A stretch of 64,000 bases of DNA from Chiloscyllium plagiosum. Taxonomy: Eukaryota. Made by a program: the position numbers and the translations under genes. Positions 26,784-40,790 of the stretch are shown here, one piece after another (within the stretch, counting starts at the first letter, position 1; every line of letters starts with the position of its first letter). The stretch is taken from contig NC_057756.1 of assembly GCF_004010195.1 (NCBI RefSeq), positions 653,805 to 717,804 on the forward strand, written 5' to 3'. The notes below the pieces were generated by a model. It was not told where the DNA came from. It saw only the letters and a program-made list of their open reading frames with translations, and ran no database searches.

Positions 26784-27812
26784 AACTTGCTTTTCAATGA
26801 CGTCCTCGAATGATTCGTTTTGTTTCTGTTATGACTCAGTAATCCATGGCATCTTGTGGCCTATCGATTTGTTAGTCACAATAATTTGCATGAAGGGAAT
26901 AAAATTGCTCTGAAAGTTGGCTCTGGCCTCCTCTGCAGAGATCGGAAATTAATTTCCCTTTGAGTAGAGTTTGCAGTTTACTTGACCGAGGTTATATCTC
27001 TCATTAAGGGAGATTTTGTTCAAGTCATAATTTTATTTAAATGCAACTTTATTATATATTTTTTATATACTGTAGGACTTGAAAGCCATCAGTAATTTGA
27101 GTATGGCATACGTAGACTTTGGGATGCTTCCAATTAAAGTGAAAACTTTGTAAGAGAACAGGATGCATTCATAACAGTGCACTGTAGGATTGTGTTAATT
27201 CATATTTTTCCCACTTTTCTGCCAACAACTTTGTATTAAGAGGCTCTCCTAAGCTGCAGTCCTGTTCCTCATCCCTTCTTGGGACTGAAGACTAACTCAA
27301 ATACACAAGTAAACCTTCGATAACTAGTCTGAGAGCGCCATTAATTTGTCAATTGGCGATCGTGGTTAGAGGTGTCAAACGTTACTGAATTCCTTTGTCA
27401 CCTCCGCCACGTAGACCAGGCTTAGTAAGGATCAGGAACCATCCACTGGACTCGATAAATGCAGTTTGATGAAAAGAAAGCACATCAGGAAAGGTAAGCA
27501 ACCCATTTTATTTTCACTCCATGTAACACATTCGACATTCATTTGCTCAGTCACACAGAAGACAGGAACGGCAAGGTAGTCTGCCCAAAAATGCTCTATA
27601 ATAACTCACCGAGGGCCCGAAACCAACGTTTCACAAACTGTGACATCCACACTAAGACATAGAAGTGTATTCATTTCTAAGAATTTCATCATTTCTTGTC
27701 GAAGAAATGTCACATTTCAGTTTTAATTATATAGCTGTGTACTCAGTGTGGCTTTGCCAACATTCCCCTGCTTCTTCTCGAACAACACTGTGGGTGCACA
27801 TACACCTCATGA

Positions 27813-30041
27813 ATTGCATTATGTCCAGTGAAATGTTTGTAAGAGAAATTAGAGCCTGCGATGTCTGGGGTCTCTTTAAGCACTGAATACATGTAGACTC
27901 TCGCCATTTGAGCGTTGTTTGTTCAAGCACTTGCATTTATCAATAGTAATCTTATAGGAGTTAAATAGACGATTGAAAAGTTAAATGTTATAAACAGAAT
28001 TCACAAAGAACCAAAAAAGTTCTATGTAAAGTAATAGAAGTTGCCCTTGATTTATTTGATGTTGTCAATATTCTGATAAATACTCCAGTTCGGTTTTTAC
28101 ATTTCCTATTGGCATTTGCTGATTGAATGCTACTGTCCAAACTTCTTTCAAAAGTTCACACAGTCGTCCAAGTTTATCTGATAAAGTCGACACTAATTAC
28201 AAAATATTTCCTCCCGTACAGCTCAGAAACTGAAAGAAGCAGGTAAAGCAGATGTGGACAAAAAGAAGCCACATTCCTAAAAAATTCCTATGATATGCTG
28301 ACTTTAGCGAAATTTTCTAAGATTGTCTGATACTTTCCAGAGCTAAACTAATATTGGCCTCTCCTGTGTTTTATGTTGTCATGGAAATCTCTGTATTATT
28401 CGTTATTTGAACTGAGTTCCCCGGGAAATGCATGGGAGAAGAAAAACATAACATGACTTTTACCACCTTCACCTGAAATATTTGAATCTCCACTAGAATG
28501 ATGCATTGTACCTCAGGTGACAAAAAAGTCGTTTTGATTATGACTCTTCATAATAAAGTAACACTCCATTTTCTATTTACACAGACACGTTTGCTTCTAT
28601 TTTCTCATCATCATCCTCCTACATCAACTGCTTCTCTCATAAATGTCTTCCTTGTCAATTACTTATTTTCTTTTTAAGTCGTTCTACCGACTATGGGTGT
28701 ATCTTGAAACTCTTTGTCAACAATGTTTTATCACGCATTCCTTTTATTGTGACCATCTTGGTGCTCCGCCGTTACCATAATCATCTTGACTTTCAAGCTC
28801 AAAAAATTCAATTACTTGTCTTCTGCCGTCGTTTCTCGTTAGAACTCGATTTTCTGCTTCCCTTCTTTCAGGTGATGATTTGTCCTTTACTCCTGGAACT
28901 CAGTTTCTTATTTCTCTTGTTCCTCCAGAACTTGCTCTGCCATTTATCCTTCCTCATCTCATTTTTCCATTTTTTGCATATTGGATAGATATGTTGCGGC
29001 ATTTAAATTGTGCATTTAAATGCTGAAGCCCTATTCTGACAGTTTCCATGCCAAAACGTTTACTGCTTCGATGTGCTACGGTGCCAATCCTCAAGCAATT
29101 TTCTGAAAACGTTGCGAAGTTGTAACGGAGAAATATCCTTCCTTGTGACTTCATTTTTTATTTATCAAGCTCGAGGATTCAAAGCAACATTATTTTTCGG
29201 ACTTAAAATAGCATGGTCAAATAGGTAAGCCGCCACTGATCATAGTGGATTATTTCACCACAAAGTCAACTCATGGAGTATTGTGAGTGAGCATGCTTAT
29301 GTCATGGTAGGAAGTATTTATTGGTTACTCAGCTCCTGTATAAAACAACCTGCTAATTTTTCAAAGTGAACAGCATGATATTTTGTGAAGTTGTGTGTTG
29401 AGATGATTTGCTTTAAATAACAACATCGCTATTTATGATTTCGGTAAGGAATAAAACCTAAGCATATTTTTCCTCATTGGTTGCACGACAAAACATTACC
29501 TTAAGGGACAGAACAACTGAACAATATTCAGCCACACAAGCACGATCTGTCCATCTATTATAGAAGGATGATCGGCTTTTGGTTTTAACATTTTTTTTCT
29601 CTTCACCTTCTTAACAGGTTGCATGCTTCTCAATGAAAAACTCAGCCAACTCAGCCTTGATTGCTTTTATTGTTCAAGCCTCCATTATCTTAATTCTGGA
29701 AAGCATCCAGCGTATTTGAAAGCTCCCAATGTAATACTTTTACTTAAATAGGGAAAGAGACAAAATAAAAATGACAAATGTAGACGTCTGTTATTAGGAA
29801 GATATCAAATTCGATTTTAAACGTCATACTAGCAGAACACTCATGCATACATAGTTTGATCAGACAGAATCGGAATGTTTTCATAAAGGGAAAAAAATAA
29901 AACAAGCATTAATGATCTATTAGAATTATTTGATGAAGTGATATACATAGTAGATAAAGGACCTTTGGATATAGAAGGCGTCTGATAAGATGCCACAGTT
30001 TAACTACTTGATGTGGTAAAAGCCAATCGTGCAGCATGGAA
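27813..30041 (+). repeat. Local segmental duplication, copy A
   Basis: Colinear with 35296-37296 plus 38871-39430 (roughly 80% identity by eye); lacks about 325 bp found in copy B (about 36449-36773). Confidence 0.9.
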
Positions 30042-32617
30042 CAAATTAGCGTAGATGAAGTATTGACTAGATAATGGAGGAGAGGGAGCTTGGAAATTGG
30101 GGGAGGGCCTTTTGAGTTTGGTAATCTGTAATAAGTGGAGAGCCACAAGAATCAGGTAGGTAAAAACAAGGACTGCAGATGTTGGAAAGCAGAATCTCGA
30201 TTAGAGTGGTGCTGGAAAAGCACAACAGGTCGGACAGCATCCGAGGAGCAGGTAAATCGAAGTTTTGGGCAAAAGCTCTTCATCAGCAACAAATGCCAAG
30301 ATTCAGTCAAGTATCATAACTATTTATATTACATATTAATAACTTGGATAGGGAAAACGACAGTGCTTGACATAAACTAGATTGTACTTGACATAAAATA
30401 GACAAAATGGCAAATGGTGATAAAAATTGGAAGTGCTTGAAAACAGAAAGAGACAAGATATGAAAATGGATAAGCAAATGCCAGATAGAATATGAAGTAA
30501 GGAAATATGAGTCTTCACAATTTGGCAAGAAGGAAACGAAAGGTCTTGCATTTTATTAAAGTGATGAGAGCGAGCAGAGGAAGATACAGAACAGGTGAAT
30601 TTTGGATTACGAGTGCATGAATTTCAATAAAAATCACTTCACTGGGTATTGGATAAGTTAAACGGACTTTTGACTTCATTTCAAGGAAATAGTATATAAA
30701 AATAGGAAGATTAGCTAAATTTGTGCAGGACGCTAATCGTATTATTAATGGTGTATGAGGGTCCTTTCCATTGAAAAAAACAAAGAACATAGACAATTAC
30801 AGCATAGGAACAGGCCCTTCGGCCCTCCAAGCTTGTACCTATCCAGATGCCATATCTAATCCTGTTGCCTATTTTCCAAGAGCTGAATCCCTCTGTTCCC
30901 TGCGCAGATATATCTTAAATGATGCGAAAGTGCCCGCCTCTACCACCTCCACTGGCAACGCATTCCAGACACCCACCATCCTCTGCATAAAGAACTTTCT
31001 GTGCAAATTTCCCTGAACCTTTTCCCCATCACCTTGAACTTGTGATCGCTCGTAATTGAATAACCATTTTTAAATTGGCTCCTAACTCATCAATTCTGGT
31101 TGTGGGACCACTTACCTTTTATTACTTATATTATTGATGACTGTATGCACCACAATAGCTGACTGTTCACCCTCCACTTTCAGAACATCCTGCAGTCGGT
31201 CTGAAATATCCCTGACCCGTGCACCTGTCAGGCAACATACCATTTGGTTGCCTTGTTTTACACCAAAGAACTGCCTATCTACTCCCCTTACAACTGAATC
31301 TCCGATTACTATAACACTTCCACTCTTTTTCCCTCCCTTCTGTACAATGAAGACAGCCACGATGTCATGAAGTTGGCTACTGTGCTCTCCTAGTGAACCA
31401 TCTCCCTCAGCAGTATCCAAAATGGTGCACCTGTTTTGGAGGGAGATGACTACAGTGGACACATACACTGACTTCTTGCTCTTTCTCTGCCTCTTGGTCA
31501 CCCATTCACTTTCTCCATCAGCAAGCCTAATTTGCTGTGTGACCAATTCATGAAACGTGCTATCATCTACCTTCTCAGCATCGTAGATGCTCCAAAGTGA
31601 CTCCATCTGCAGCTCCAAGCCATTATATGGTCTAACAATAGCTTCAGCTGGACACACGTATTGCACATGAAGGAGACAGGGACATCAGCCACGTCTCTGA
31701 TCTCCCACATTGAGCAAGACGAGCATAACACGGAATTGGGATCTCCTGCCATTTTTACTCTTAAGCTTAACTTAGACAACTATAATATCAAATAATAAGT
31801 TTTTTAAACGGATCACATTACTTATCGGCACGTGATTTAAAAAAAAAGGGAAAGAGGAACTTTACCTTATCAACACATCAGAGTCTTTACTTTTATTAGA
31901 GAATGAGGGCGGTTAGGAGACACTACCCGTGTAGTATTCTGTGTTTAGCCAAATGTAGCAGGTCCCTCATCTTCCCAGAGCGCAATTCGACCGCTCCCAC
32001 TCAGCTCCTAGCTCTGGCCACTCCCACTGCTGCTGCAAAATGGCAGCTGCTGATTCCATGAGACAAGTATTTAAATGGTAAACTGACCTTCCCAGCAGCC
32101 CTCTGGTCATAGCCCTCACAGCTCCCGCTGGCGTTGAGAAATGGAGGCTACTGGTGTTGGAGGCAATCCAGAAAATGTTCATTAGTCTGACACTAGATAC
32201 GAAGGTTATATAAGTTGCTTATGTATTCTTGACGTTTAGCAGAATGAGAGCAAATTTTATTAAGGCATGCCTGACTCTTAAGGGCAGGGCAGGGCAGATG
32301 TTTCCTTGTATGGAAAATTCGAGCGGCAAAGCACACAATCTTAGAATAAAATGTCACATTTAGAAGAGCAGAGGAGGTTATTTTCTCAGCAGCTTGTAAA
32401 CCTCTGGAATTTCTTATTGCAAAAGACTACTGACGCTGTGTAACCAATTATGTTCAGCATTGATTAGAAGTTTTTGAAAATGAATGAGTATTTATTGTGA
32501 GAAAAAACAGGCAAGTGGACTTGGCCATTATTAAAAAAAAAAGCACACTGTGCCTGAATGGTGGAGCAGCGTTTGTGGACAGAAAGGTCGACTTCAGCTC
32601 CTATATATGATGGCCTC
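29690..32617 (+). mobile_element. Ancient CR1 RT and 3' end, interrupted by a Penelope arm (about 30160-30286) and a younger CR1
   Basis: Degenerate RT motifs; 3' UTR GAATGGTGGAGCAG...CAGCTCCTAT. Confidence 0.65.
30779..32133 (-). mobile_element. Internally deleted CR1: 5' UTR plus ORF1 (zinc finger and SGNH esterase) joined to the ORF2 end and 3' tail
   Basis: CSSCSMWE...CNTC, VIVIGDSVVRG, CCLTGARVRD, VVHTVINNI; junction near 31065 to DHKFKVMGKRF and a CTATGTTCT tail; flanks TTGAAAAA / TTGAGAAA. Confidence 0.85.
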
Positions 32618-33199
32618 ATTTTCTCACCAGTGTGAGAACTTCAAATCCTTAAGACGCTTTGAGATGACTTATAACTCCTCAACTGCACATTGGCTGGAGA
32701 CCCCTTTCTTTAACTATGCCAGGGATTCATTATCTCTCCGACTCTAATATCCAAAACAAGTCAGCGGGAAACACAACCTAAGCATTTATCTTTGGTACAC
32801 CCCTAATATTTGAGGAAAAGGTGACGTCACCCTTTTAAACTTGAAAAGTACAAGCACAATTTTAATGAGAAGACAAGCATTGAATATCTTGTAACACCAC
32901 AGATAACTGTTATGAAGATATGGCATGCAAACGTCTTGTTAGTGACGTATATTGACTCAGAATGCATGGGATTCTGGAGGAGTCAATGCACAAAGTGTCT
33001 GTTAAATGCTTGCAGGCAATGGGCTCAGCTGGGCCTCCTGTTGCAGTCAACATGTTCAGTAACTGTAGGTGATAAAACATACTGATATTTTCGCAAAAGG
33101 AATTGTTCGTTTCCAGTTTGTGATGAGTAATTTGCTCATATTTAGGTGTCTTATATCCCTCGTTCTAACAATGGACTTATTTAGAAAAGTGAAATGATT

Positions 33200-35295
33200 C
33201 GGGCAGTAGACAGGAGTTTCAGGGCAAAAGAATCTCTATACTTATTTAAATAAAATAGGTCATTTTCATACAAGAAATAAAGACAAATGTAATAAACAGT
33301 GAAATTGACACTAGCAAGTATACAGAGGACAGTAATTAGATACACTTTTGAATTACAGACAAGCTAAACACAGTTTCAATCACATAAACTTCAATCAGGC
33401 TTCCGATCGTTGGGGTCCCTGCATTGTTATCACACATTTTCTCCTCCCCACCTAACCAGGCTGAAGACTTTGGGGTCATGGGAAGAACACCATTTTGAAA
33501 TACAGCTGACTGTTCCAACTTGCCATACCTGGTACCTCAACGAAGACTTCGGATGGTGTAGGACATCATTGTGAGTTGAGTTCACTGATGCAATAGGACG
33601 CATTTGGATTTGTTGAGTGAATACTTAGGTTTCCTAACTTTCAGGTGGTGTATGCAGTTTATCTCCTGGAGATAGCACTTTGGAACCTCTCTTCTGGAGA
33701 TGGATGTAAGGATGGCTCTCAGGGTGGTAGCTCTGTCTGGTGAGGTCGGGGCCTGCTATTCTACTAATTGTGGATCTTTTAACGTCATGCCACTTTAGTG
33801 CTTGGTATTATGTTATTGGTATTCCCCTTGAGGTCTGTTGGCTTCCTGACAGTTAAGCACATGTCTGAATGTACTTTGATTAAAGGTGACTGTCCTGGTA
33901 TCTCCAAAGGCTCTATGATATCTCAGTTGGGGTAGCCGATGAGCAAAAGTTAGTTTCAGTCTACAGCATTAGTTCTGGTTGATTGTTCATTTCAAGTCGA
34001 GGTGTGAATTGGATTTTTGGGCAGAACAATGGTTCCGAGCAGTTATCTCTGCTCCGGTGTTTCTTTTCAGCACTTAGTCCTGCTGCCTTTTTAATTTTCA
34101 AAGTTTTTAAGAAGTTCAGAGTTTTGAGACAGCATTTTAAATGTTAAGGATGTTGACTCAATCCTACATATCCTCCCTTTGATAATCTAGATCCCCGCAT
34201 ATCATTGTGGGTATCGCCGAGCCCCAAAAACGAACAACCCGAATTATCTAACCCCAACATACACATTTCCTAGCTTGAAAGGCAGAACATTATCCCCTGA
34301 AAAGAAAACATACGGCTGGATTAGGAGAAATCAAACATATAAGTTAGCTGTACATGGTGTACAACTTTAAATACATTTTTCAGTTTGTCCTCATACAGGA
34401 AAACAATGTATATTTCCAAAGGTTCCCCCCAAGATATCAATTTCCACACGGCACCTCTAGCCCATTGTTTCCTCTCTGGGGTTTTGGGATTTTTGGGCTC
34501 GATACCATGCCCTCCAACTGATCCGCCCTTGGTTTAGTGTTGGCTAATGTGTTTGTTATTTATGTTTGTTTGGTTTAGGTCTCCCAAATTCCATCTGTGG
34601 AACATTCGAAGCATCTCCCGGCTTAAGGTTTTGTGCAGTTGCTCTGTCTTCCTTGGGCATCACTGGGGTGAATGACTCTTCATTTTAAACTTTAGTGCAT
34701 GGGAGATCACGGCCTATTGACCCGATTCCCCCACATAAAAATTACACCCTGGTCTCCTGCATGTGACATGGCATCCATCTAGTGAAATGTCCCTCTTACC
34801 ATTTCCCCTACTGTCCCCTACTGTATGGGCTTTCCCATTTCCCCTACTGTTAGCGCAACACAGCAGCAAAAACCTTGACCATCTGACCATGCTTCCCTGG
34901 CGAAACACATTTACATAATCGCCCTTAAGCGATACTCAGGCTTAAATCCAGATTAAAACAATCAAATATCCGACAAAATACATAACCTTTATTCCAAAAA
35001 TCTACAAAAATCATAATGCACTCAAACTATTAAAACGCCATGTGTCTGTGGGTTTCCAGACTATTACCTGGCAGTTCTATGTTTCTTGTGGTGTCTGGTT
35101 TGGATACCGGGTAGTTCTCTTCAGTCCTCCCCGCTTTCTAACTGGTGATACTCCTGTATCTCAAACCATGTGCATCGTCTGGGGCTGCTGTCTTATCTGC
35201 GACCTGTGAAAGTATAGTCATGCCTGGGGTCTCTGGAGAACTTCCTGAGTCACAAACTCCCAAAATAAAGGAGGGCCAACCTGCCCGATGAGGCA
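33200..35295 (-). mobile_element. Decayed LTR element (ERV-like): short internal region, PPT and 3' LTR
   Basis: Minus strand PPT AAAGGGAGGA (34171-34180) followed by TGTAGG from 34168; possible degenerate tRNA-Ser PBS at 35278-35295; left end uncertain. Confidence 0.4.
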
Positions 35296-38200
35296 GTGCA
35301 CAATATGTCTAGTGACACATTCTTAAGTGAAATTAGAGACTGTGTTGTCTGGGTCTCTTTAAGTATCAGGATTTCAGCGTTGTTTTTTTAAGCAATTGTA
35401 TCACTTGATTTGGTTGTCAATAGTAATCTTGTAGTAATTAAATAGTCGACTGAAAAGTTAAGTGTTATAATCGAAATTCACAAAGATCCAAAATAGTTCT
35501 ATGCAAAGTAACAAAAGTTAACATTCATTGTTTTAATGGTTTCTATATTCTGATAAATGCGCCACTTTGGTTTTTACATTTCCCGTTGGTATTTGCTGAT
35601 TGATTGCAACTCTCCAAAATTATTTCAAATGTTCCTCTGATGAAGTCGACGTTCATTAGAAAATATTTCCTCCTCTACAGCTCAGAAACTGAAAGGAGCA
35701 AGTAAAGCAGTTGTGGACAAAATAGAAGCCACATTACTAAAATGCTGGTTTTTTTTCCTTTCTTTGGTATGCTGACTTGAGTGAAATTCCCAGAAACTGT
35801 CTGGAACTTTCCAGACCCAAACTCATATTGGCATCTCATCTGTTTTATGTCGACATAGAAATCTCTGTGATGTTTAGTGTTTGAACTGAGCTCCCTGGGA
35901 GAAGTAACAGAAAACACGATTTTCTACCACCCTCACCCAAAGTAGTTGAAGCTCCACTAGAATGATGCATTGTACCTCAGGACATTGAAGGTGACAAAAA
36001 AGTCGTTTTTATTATGACTCTTCATAATAAAGCAGCGCTTCATTTCCTTTTTTACACACAAACGTTTGCTCTGCTTTCTCATCATCACCTTCCTACGTCA
36101 ATTGCTTCTGTCATAAATGTGTTCCCTGCCATTTCTTTTTCTTTTTAAGTCTTTCTTCCTTCTATGGGTTCATCTTGAAACTCCTTCTCAGCAAAGTTCT
36201 ATCATGCTTTCCATTTATTGTGACTATCTTGGTACTCTACCTTTACCACTATCACCTTGTTTTTAAAGATCAATAATTTCAATGACTTGCCTTATGGCGT
36301 TGTTTCTCATTAGAACTCGATCTCCTGCTTACGTTCGTCCAGTTGGTGATTTGTATTTTTCCTCCTGGATCTCAGATTTTTTCCCTTGTTCCTCCGCAAT
36401 TTGCTCTGCCATTTATCCTTCCTCTTCACATTTTATCATTTCTTGCATTATCAGCAACTGTCCCTCAACTTGTTTCTTGAAAAACATTGCAAATTGTTCA
36501 AAGCTTAATTTCCATAATCCTAGCTCCAAGATTTCGTGAAGCACGTAAAATGAAGATTTGTGCATGCCCCATCAAGCAAATATTTCTCACTGATCTGTCC
36601 ATTATGTCTAGATTACCCGAATAAATGCACGGGACATCAGTTTGAAACTCATCTCAGGGCTTTCTTTTGATGCAATATTATTTTGTATTATTAATGCAAG
36701 AAGTAAAAAAAAAAGCCCCTAGATTCATGATGATTATCGTGTTTATTGAACCCACAAGTTTGCAGACATTGTGGATATTGAACAGATACATTGCAGAATT
36801 GAAAGTTGTGTATTTAAATGCTGAGGCCCTATTTTGAGAAAGTCCGTACCAAAGCTTTTGCTGCTTCGACGTGACAATTTCTGCTGCAGTGCAAATCTTC
36901 AAACAATTTTCGGGAGAAAAGGTTATTGCGAAGTTGTAATAGATAAATTTACTTCCATGTGACTTCATTTTTATTCATCAAGCCTGAGGATTTTTTAGAA
37001 ACAACATTTTTTCACATTTGACATAGCATGATCAAATAGGTAAGCAGCCAATGATCATCGTGGTTCATTTCGCCACTCAGTCAATTCATGGAATGTTGTG
37101 GGCGAACATGGTTATGTCATGGGAAGAAGTAGTTATTGGTCACTCAGCTTCTATATAATTTTTCAAAGTAAACAGCATGATATTTTATCAAGGTGTGCGT
37201 TGAGATGAGTTGATTCACATATCAACATTGTTATTTATGATTTAAGTAAGGAATATAATTTTAGCATATTTTCCAACGTTGGTTGCATGACAATACATGA
37301 CATAGAACATAGAACATAGACAACGGCAGCACAGAACAGGCCGTTTGGCCCACAAAGTTGTGCCAAGGACTATTCCTAATCGATAATAAAATAACCTAAC
37401 CAACACATCGCTCAATGCAATGCTGTCCATGTGCATGTCCAGCAGTCGCTTAAAGGTTCCGAATGCCTCTTTTTCCACCTCCACCGCTGACAATGCATTC
37501 CATGCATTCACAACCCTCTGCGTGAAGAATGTGCCTCTGATGTCTCCTCTATAACTTCCTCCTAATATACCTCTCGTGTCAGTCAATCCTGCCCTGGGGA
37601 AACGTCTCTGGCTATTGAATTTTATCCAAGCCTCTCATTACCTTTATTAACTCGATCAGGTCACCTCTCCTCCTCCTTCTCTCCAGAGAGAAAAGTCCGA
37701 GCTTAGTCAACTTCCCTTCGTAAGACAAGCCCTCCAATCCAGGCAGCATCTTGGTAAACCTTCTTTGCACCCTCTCCAAAGCCTCTGTATCTTTCATTTA
37801 ATAGGGTGACCAGAACTAGGCACAGTATTCCAAGTGTGGTCCGACCAGGGACTTGTAAAGCTGCAGCAAAACATCACGGCTCTTAAACTCGATCCCCCGT
37901 TAATGTAGGCCAAAACACCATATGCTTTCTTAACAACCCTATTCACTTGGGTGGCAACTTTGAGGGATGTATGCACTTGAACACCCAGATCCCTCTGTTC
38001 CTCCACACTGCCAAGATTCCTGTCCTTAATCCTATATTCAGAATTCATGTTCGACCTTGCAAAATGCATCACTTCACATTTATCCAGGTTGAACTCCATC
38101 TACCATTTCTCAGCCCAGCTCTGCATCCTGTCTATTTCGCACTGCAGCCTGCAATAGTCCTCGATACTATCAATGGCACCTCCAACCTTTGTGTCATCTG

Positions 38201-39430
38201 CAAATTTACCATGCCAATCTTCTCATCCAAGTTATTTATGAAAACTACAAAGAGCAGGGGCACAAGAACAGAGCCGTGTGGGACACCACTCAGCAAATAC
38301 CTCCAGGCAGAATACGTTCCATCTACAACGACTCTCTGCCTTCTGTCAGCCAACCAGTTCTGAATCCAGACAGCCAAATCTCTGTGTATCCTATACCTCC
38401 TGACTTTATGCGTGTGCGTACCATGGGGAACATTATCTGGGTTTATGCTGAAGCCCATATACACCACATGCACTGCTAGACCTTCATCGACCTGTCTTGT
38501 CACCTTCTCAAAGAGCTCAATAAGATTTATGAGACACGATCTGCCCCGCACAAAGCCATGCTGACTGCCTTTATAAACACTCTATGCTTTTCCAAATAGT
38601 CATAATCCCTATCCCTCAGAATTCTTTCCAAAACCTTGCTGACCACATACGTAAGACTGACTGGTTTGTAATTACCAGGGATTTTCCTATTCCCCTTCTT
38701 GAAAAGAGGAACAACATTTGCCTTCTTCTAATCCTCTGGTATGACTCCCTTGGAGAGTGAGGAAGCACAGATCTTTGCCAGTGGCTTAGCAACCTCCTTT
38801 CTCGCTTCCCAGACCAACCTAGGACACATCTGGTCTGGCTCTGGGGACGTATCAATCTTAGTATTTGCCAAACATTATGGCTTTAAGAGACAGAACAACT
38901 GAACAATGTTCAGTCACCCAAGTACAATCTGTCCATCAATAATATGATGATGATCAGCTTTCGGCCTTAACCCATTTTTTCTCTTCACCTTCTTAATAAA
39001 TAATATACCTCTCAATGGAAACCTCAGCCAACTCAGCCTTGAATGCTTTTATTGTCAAACCTACATCATCTGAGTTATGGAAAAGATTCAATGTACTTGA
39101 AAGCTTCTTTAACACTTTTATTTAAAAAGGGAAAGAGACAAAATAAAAATGACAAACGTAGATCAGTTCACTTAACCTCTGTTATTGGTGAGATATCAGA
39201 TTCGACTTTACACGTTATAATAGCGGAATACTCATGCATACATATTTTTGATCAGACAGAATCGGAATGTTTTCATGCAGGAAAAATCAAACGTTAATGA
39301 TTTATTAGAATGCTTTGCTGAAGTCATATATATATATAGTATATAAAGGACCTTTGGATATAGAAGACGTCTGATAAGGTTCTACATTGAATCTACTTGT
39401 TGTGGTAAAAGCCAGTTGTGCTGCATGGAA
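35296..39430 (+). repeat. Local segmental duplication, copy B, split by a CR1 insertion
   Basis: Copy A reads GACAAAACATTACCTTAAGGGACAG contiguously; in copy B it is split into GACAATACAT (about 37290) and AACATTATGGCTTTAAGAGACAG (about 38871). Confidence 0.9.
37297..38870 (-). mobile_element. 5'-truncated CR1 LINE (RT C-terminal half and 3' tail)
   Basis: RGRSCLINLIELFE, SGVPHGSVL, MEFNLDKCEVMHF, LERVQRRFTKMLPGL; (TTCTATG)n tail. Confidence 0.95.
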
Positions 39431-40571
39431 TATGAAGCACTCAGAGAATACATATTTGGACTTTTGTTAAATTTTAAGGAATGAATAAATAGAGCGGAAG
39501 CGTTGGCCATGCAGCGTTTAAAAGTATCACAGCATACAATGAAACAGGAAGGAGACAAGAAATCAAAAAGTCAAAAAGTTGCTATCGGAGATAAGGTAGT
39601 AATGTTGGTTCTCGTGATAGGTGAACCTTTAAAGCAAGGTTTAATGAGACTTATCTAGTCGAAACTGGATTGATTGAGTTGAACTATTTGACACAGACTC
39701 CAGAAACAAAGAAATCTCAGAGTGTCTCATGTGAATATGCTCAAAATGTATTGTGATAGGAAAGCAAAGCAAAAGAAAGATGTGTTATAATTTGTAGCAT
39801 GGCGTGAAGAACCAAATTCAGATGATTCTTAATTGGGCATTCCTCAAATTGTATTGAACAAAGAGGAAGTTGTCAAAAATTGGGAATGCTATTCAATTAC
39901 ATTCCAGAGGAAAGTCGAAATGACCTGAAAGTGTTATGACTATCGTATGTGGAGATAACTGTAAATAAGCTGGGAATTATTAACATAAAGAGACATGATG
40001 TACATATAGGAGATGCTGCTCCGAATAAGCCATACCCTTATAGGCGAAAGTTGGCACACGTTCAAAAGGATATTGAATACATGATTCAAGATGACATGAT
40101 TGAAATAATTTGCATGGACTGGAGCTCACCAATAGTAATGGTGCCAAAAACTGATGGTACTGAACGGTTATGTGTCGGCTCTTTACAAAGTCAATGAAAT
40201 TACAAAGACTGATGCGTCCTTAATTCCACGTTTGAAAAGGTTGGACACGCCACTTTTATTTCTAAGTTGGACTTGCTCAGATGATACTGGCGAGTACTTT
40301 TGTCAGAAAGTTCGAAGGTATTTTCAGCTTTTGCAACGCCAAATGCACTGTAACAATTTAAAGCCATGCCATTTGGCATGAAAAATGTGCCAGCCACATT
40401 TCAATGGCTAACCGATAAAGTCATTTCTGGATTATCAGTTGTGTGGTTTACTTTGATGAAATGGTGATTCTTAGTCACCTACGTAATGAATATTTGCAAC
40501 ATTTATTGGAATTGTTTGGTTGACTTTGGGAGGCAGGCTTGTTGGCAAACCTGGCTAACAGAGAATTTGCC

Positions 40572-40769
40572 ATGGAGGAGCCGATGTTGGATAGGGGTGG
40601 ACAAAGGTAAGAGTCACACAACACCAGGTTATAGTCAACAGGTTTATTTGGATGCATTAGCTTTTGTAGCACCGCTCCACAGCCACTTGAAGAAGGATCA
40701 GCACTCTGCAAGCTCGTGCTTCCAAATAAACCTTTTGGACTATAACCTGGTTTTGCGTGATTTTAACTT
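40572..40769. mobile_element. Penelope-derived hairpin element, family 2, inserted in the Gypsy RT
   Basis: Arms ACCAGGTTATAGTC-AACAGGTTTATTTGGA / TCCAAATAAACCTTTTGGACTATAACCTGGT. Confidence 0.8.
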
Positions 40770-40790
40770 GCTGGGCTATATTATTGGATA

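Noticed and set aside
27465..27493. Strong donor AAG|GTAAGC after Lys-rich sequence
   Set aside because: No acceptor gives a phase 1-1 exon; the nearest AG gives 29 nt with no pyrimidine tract.
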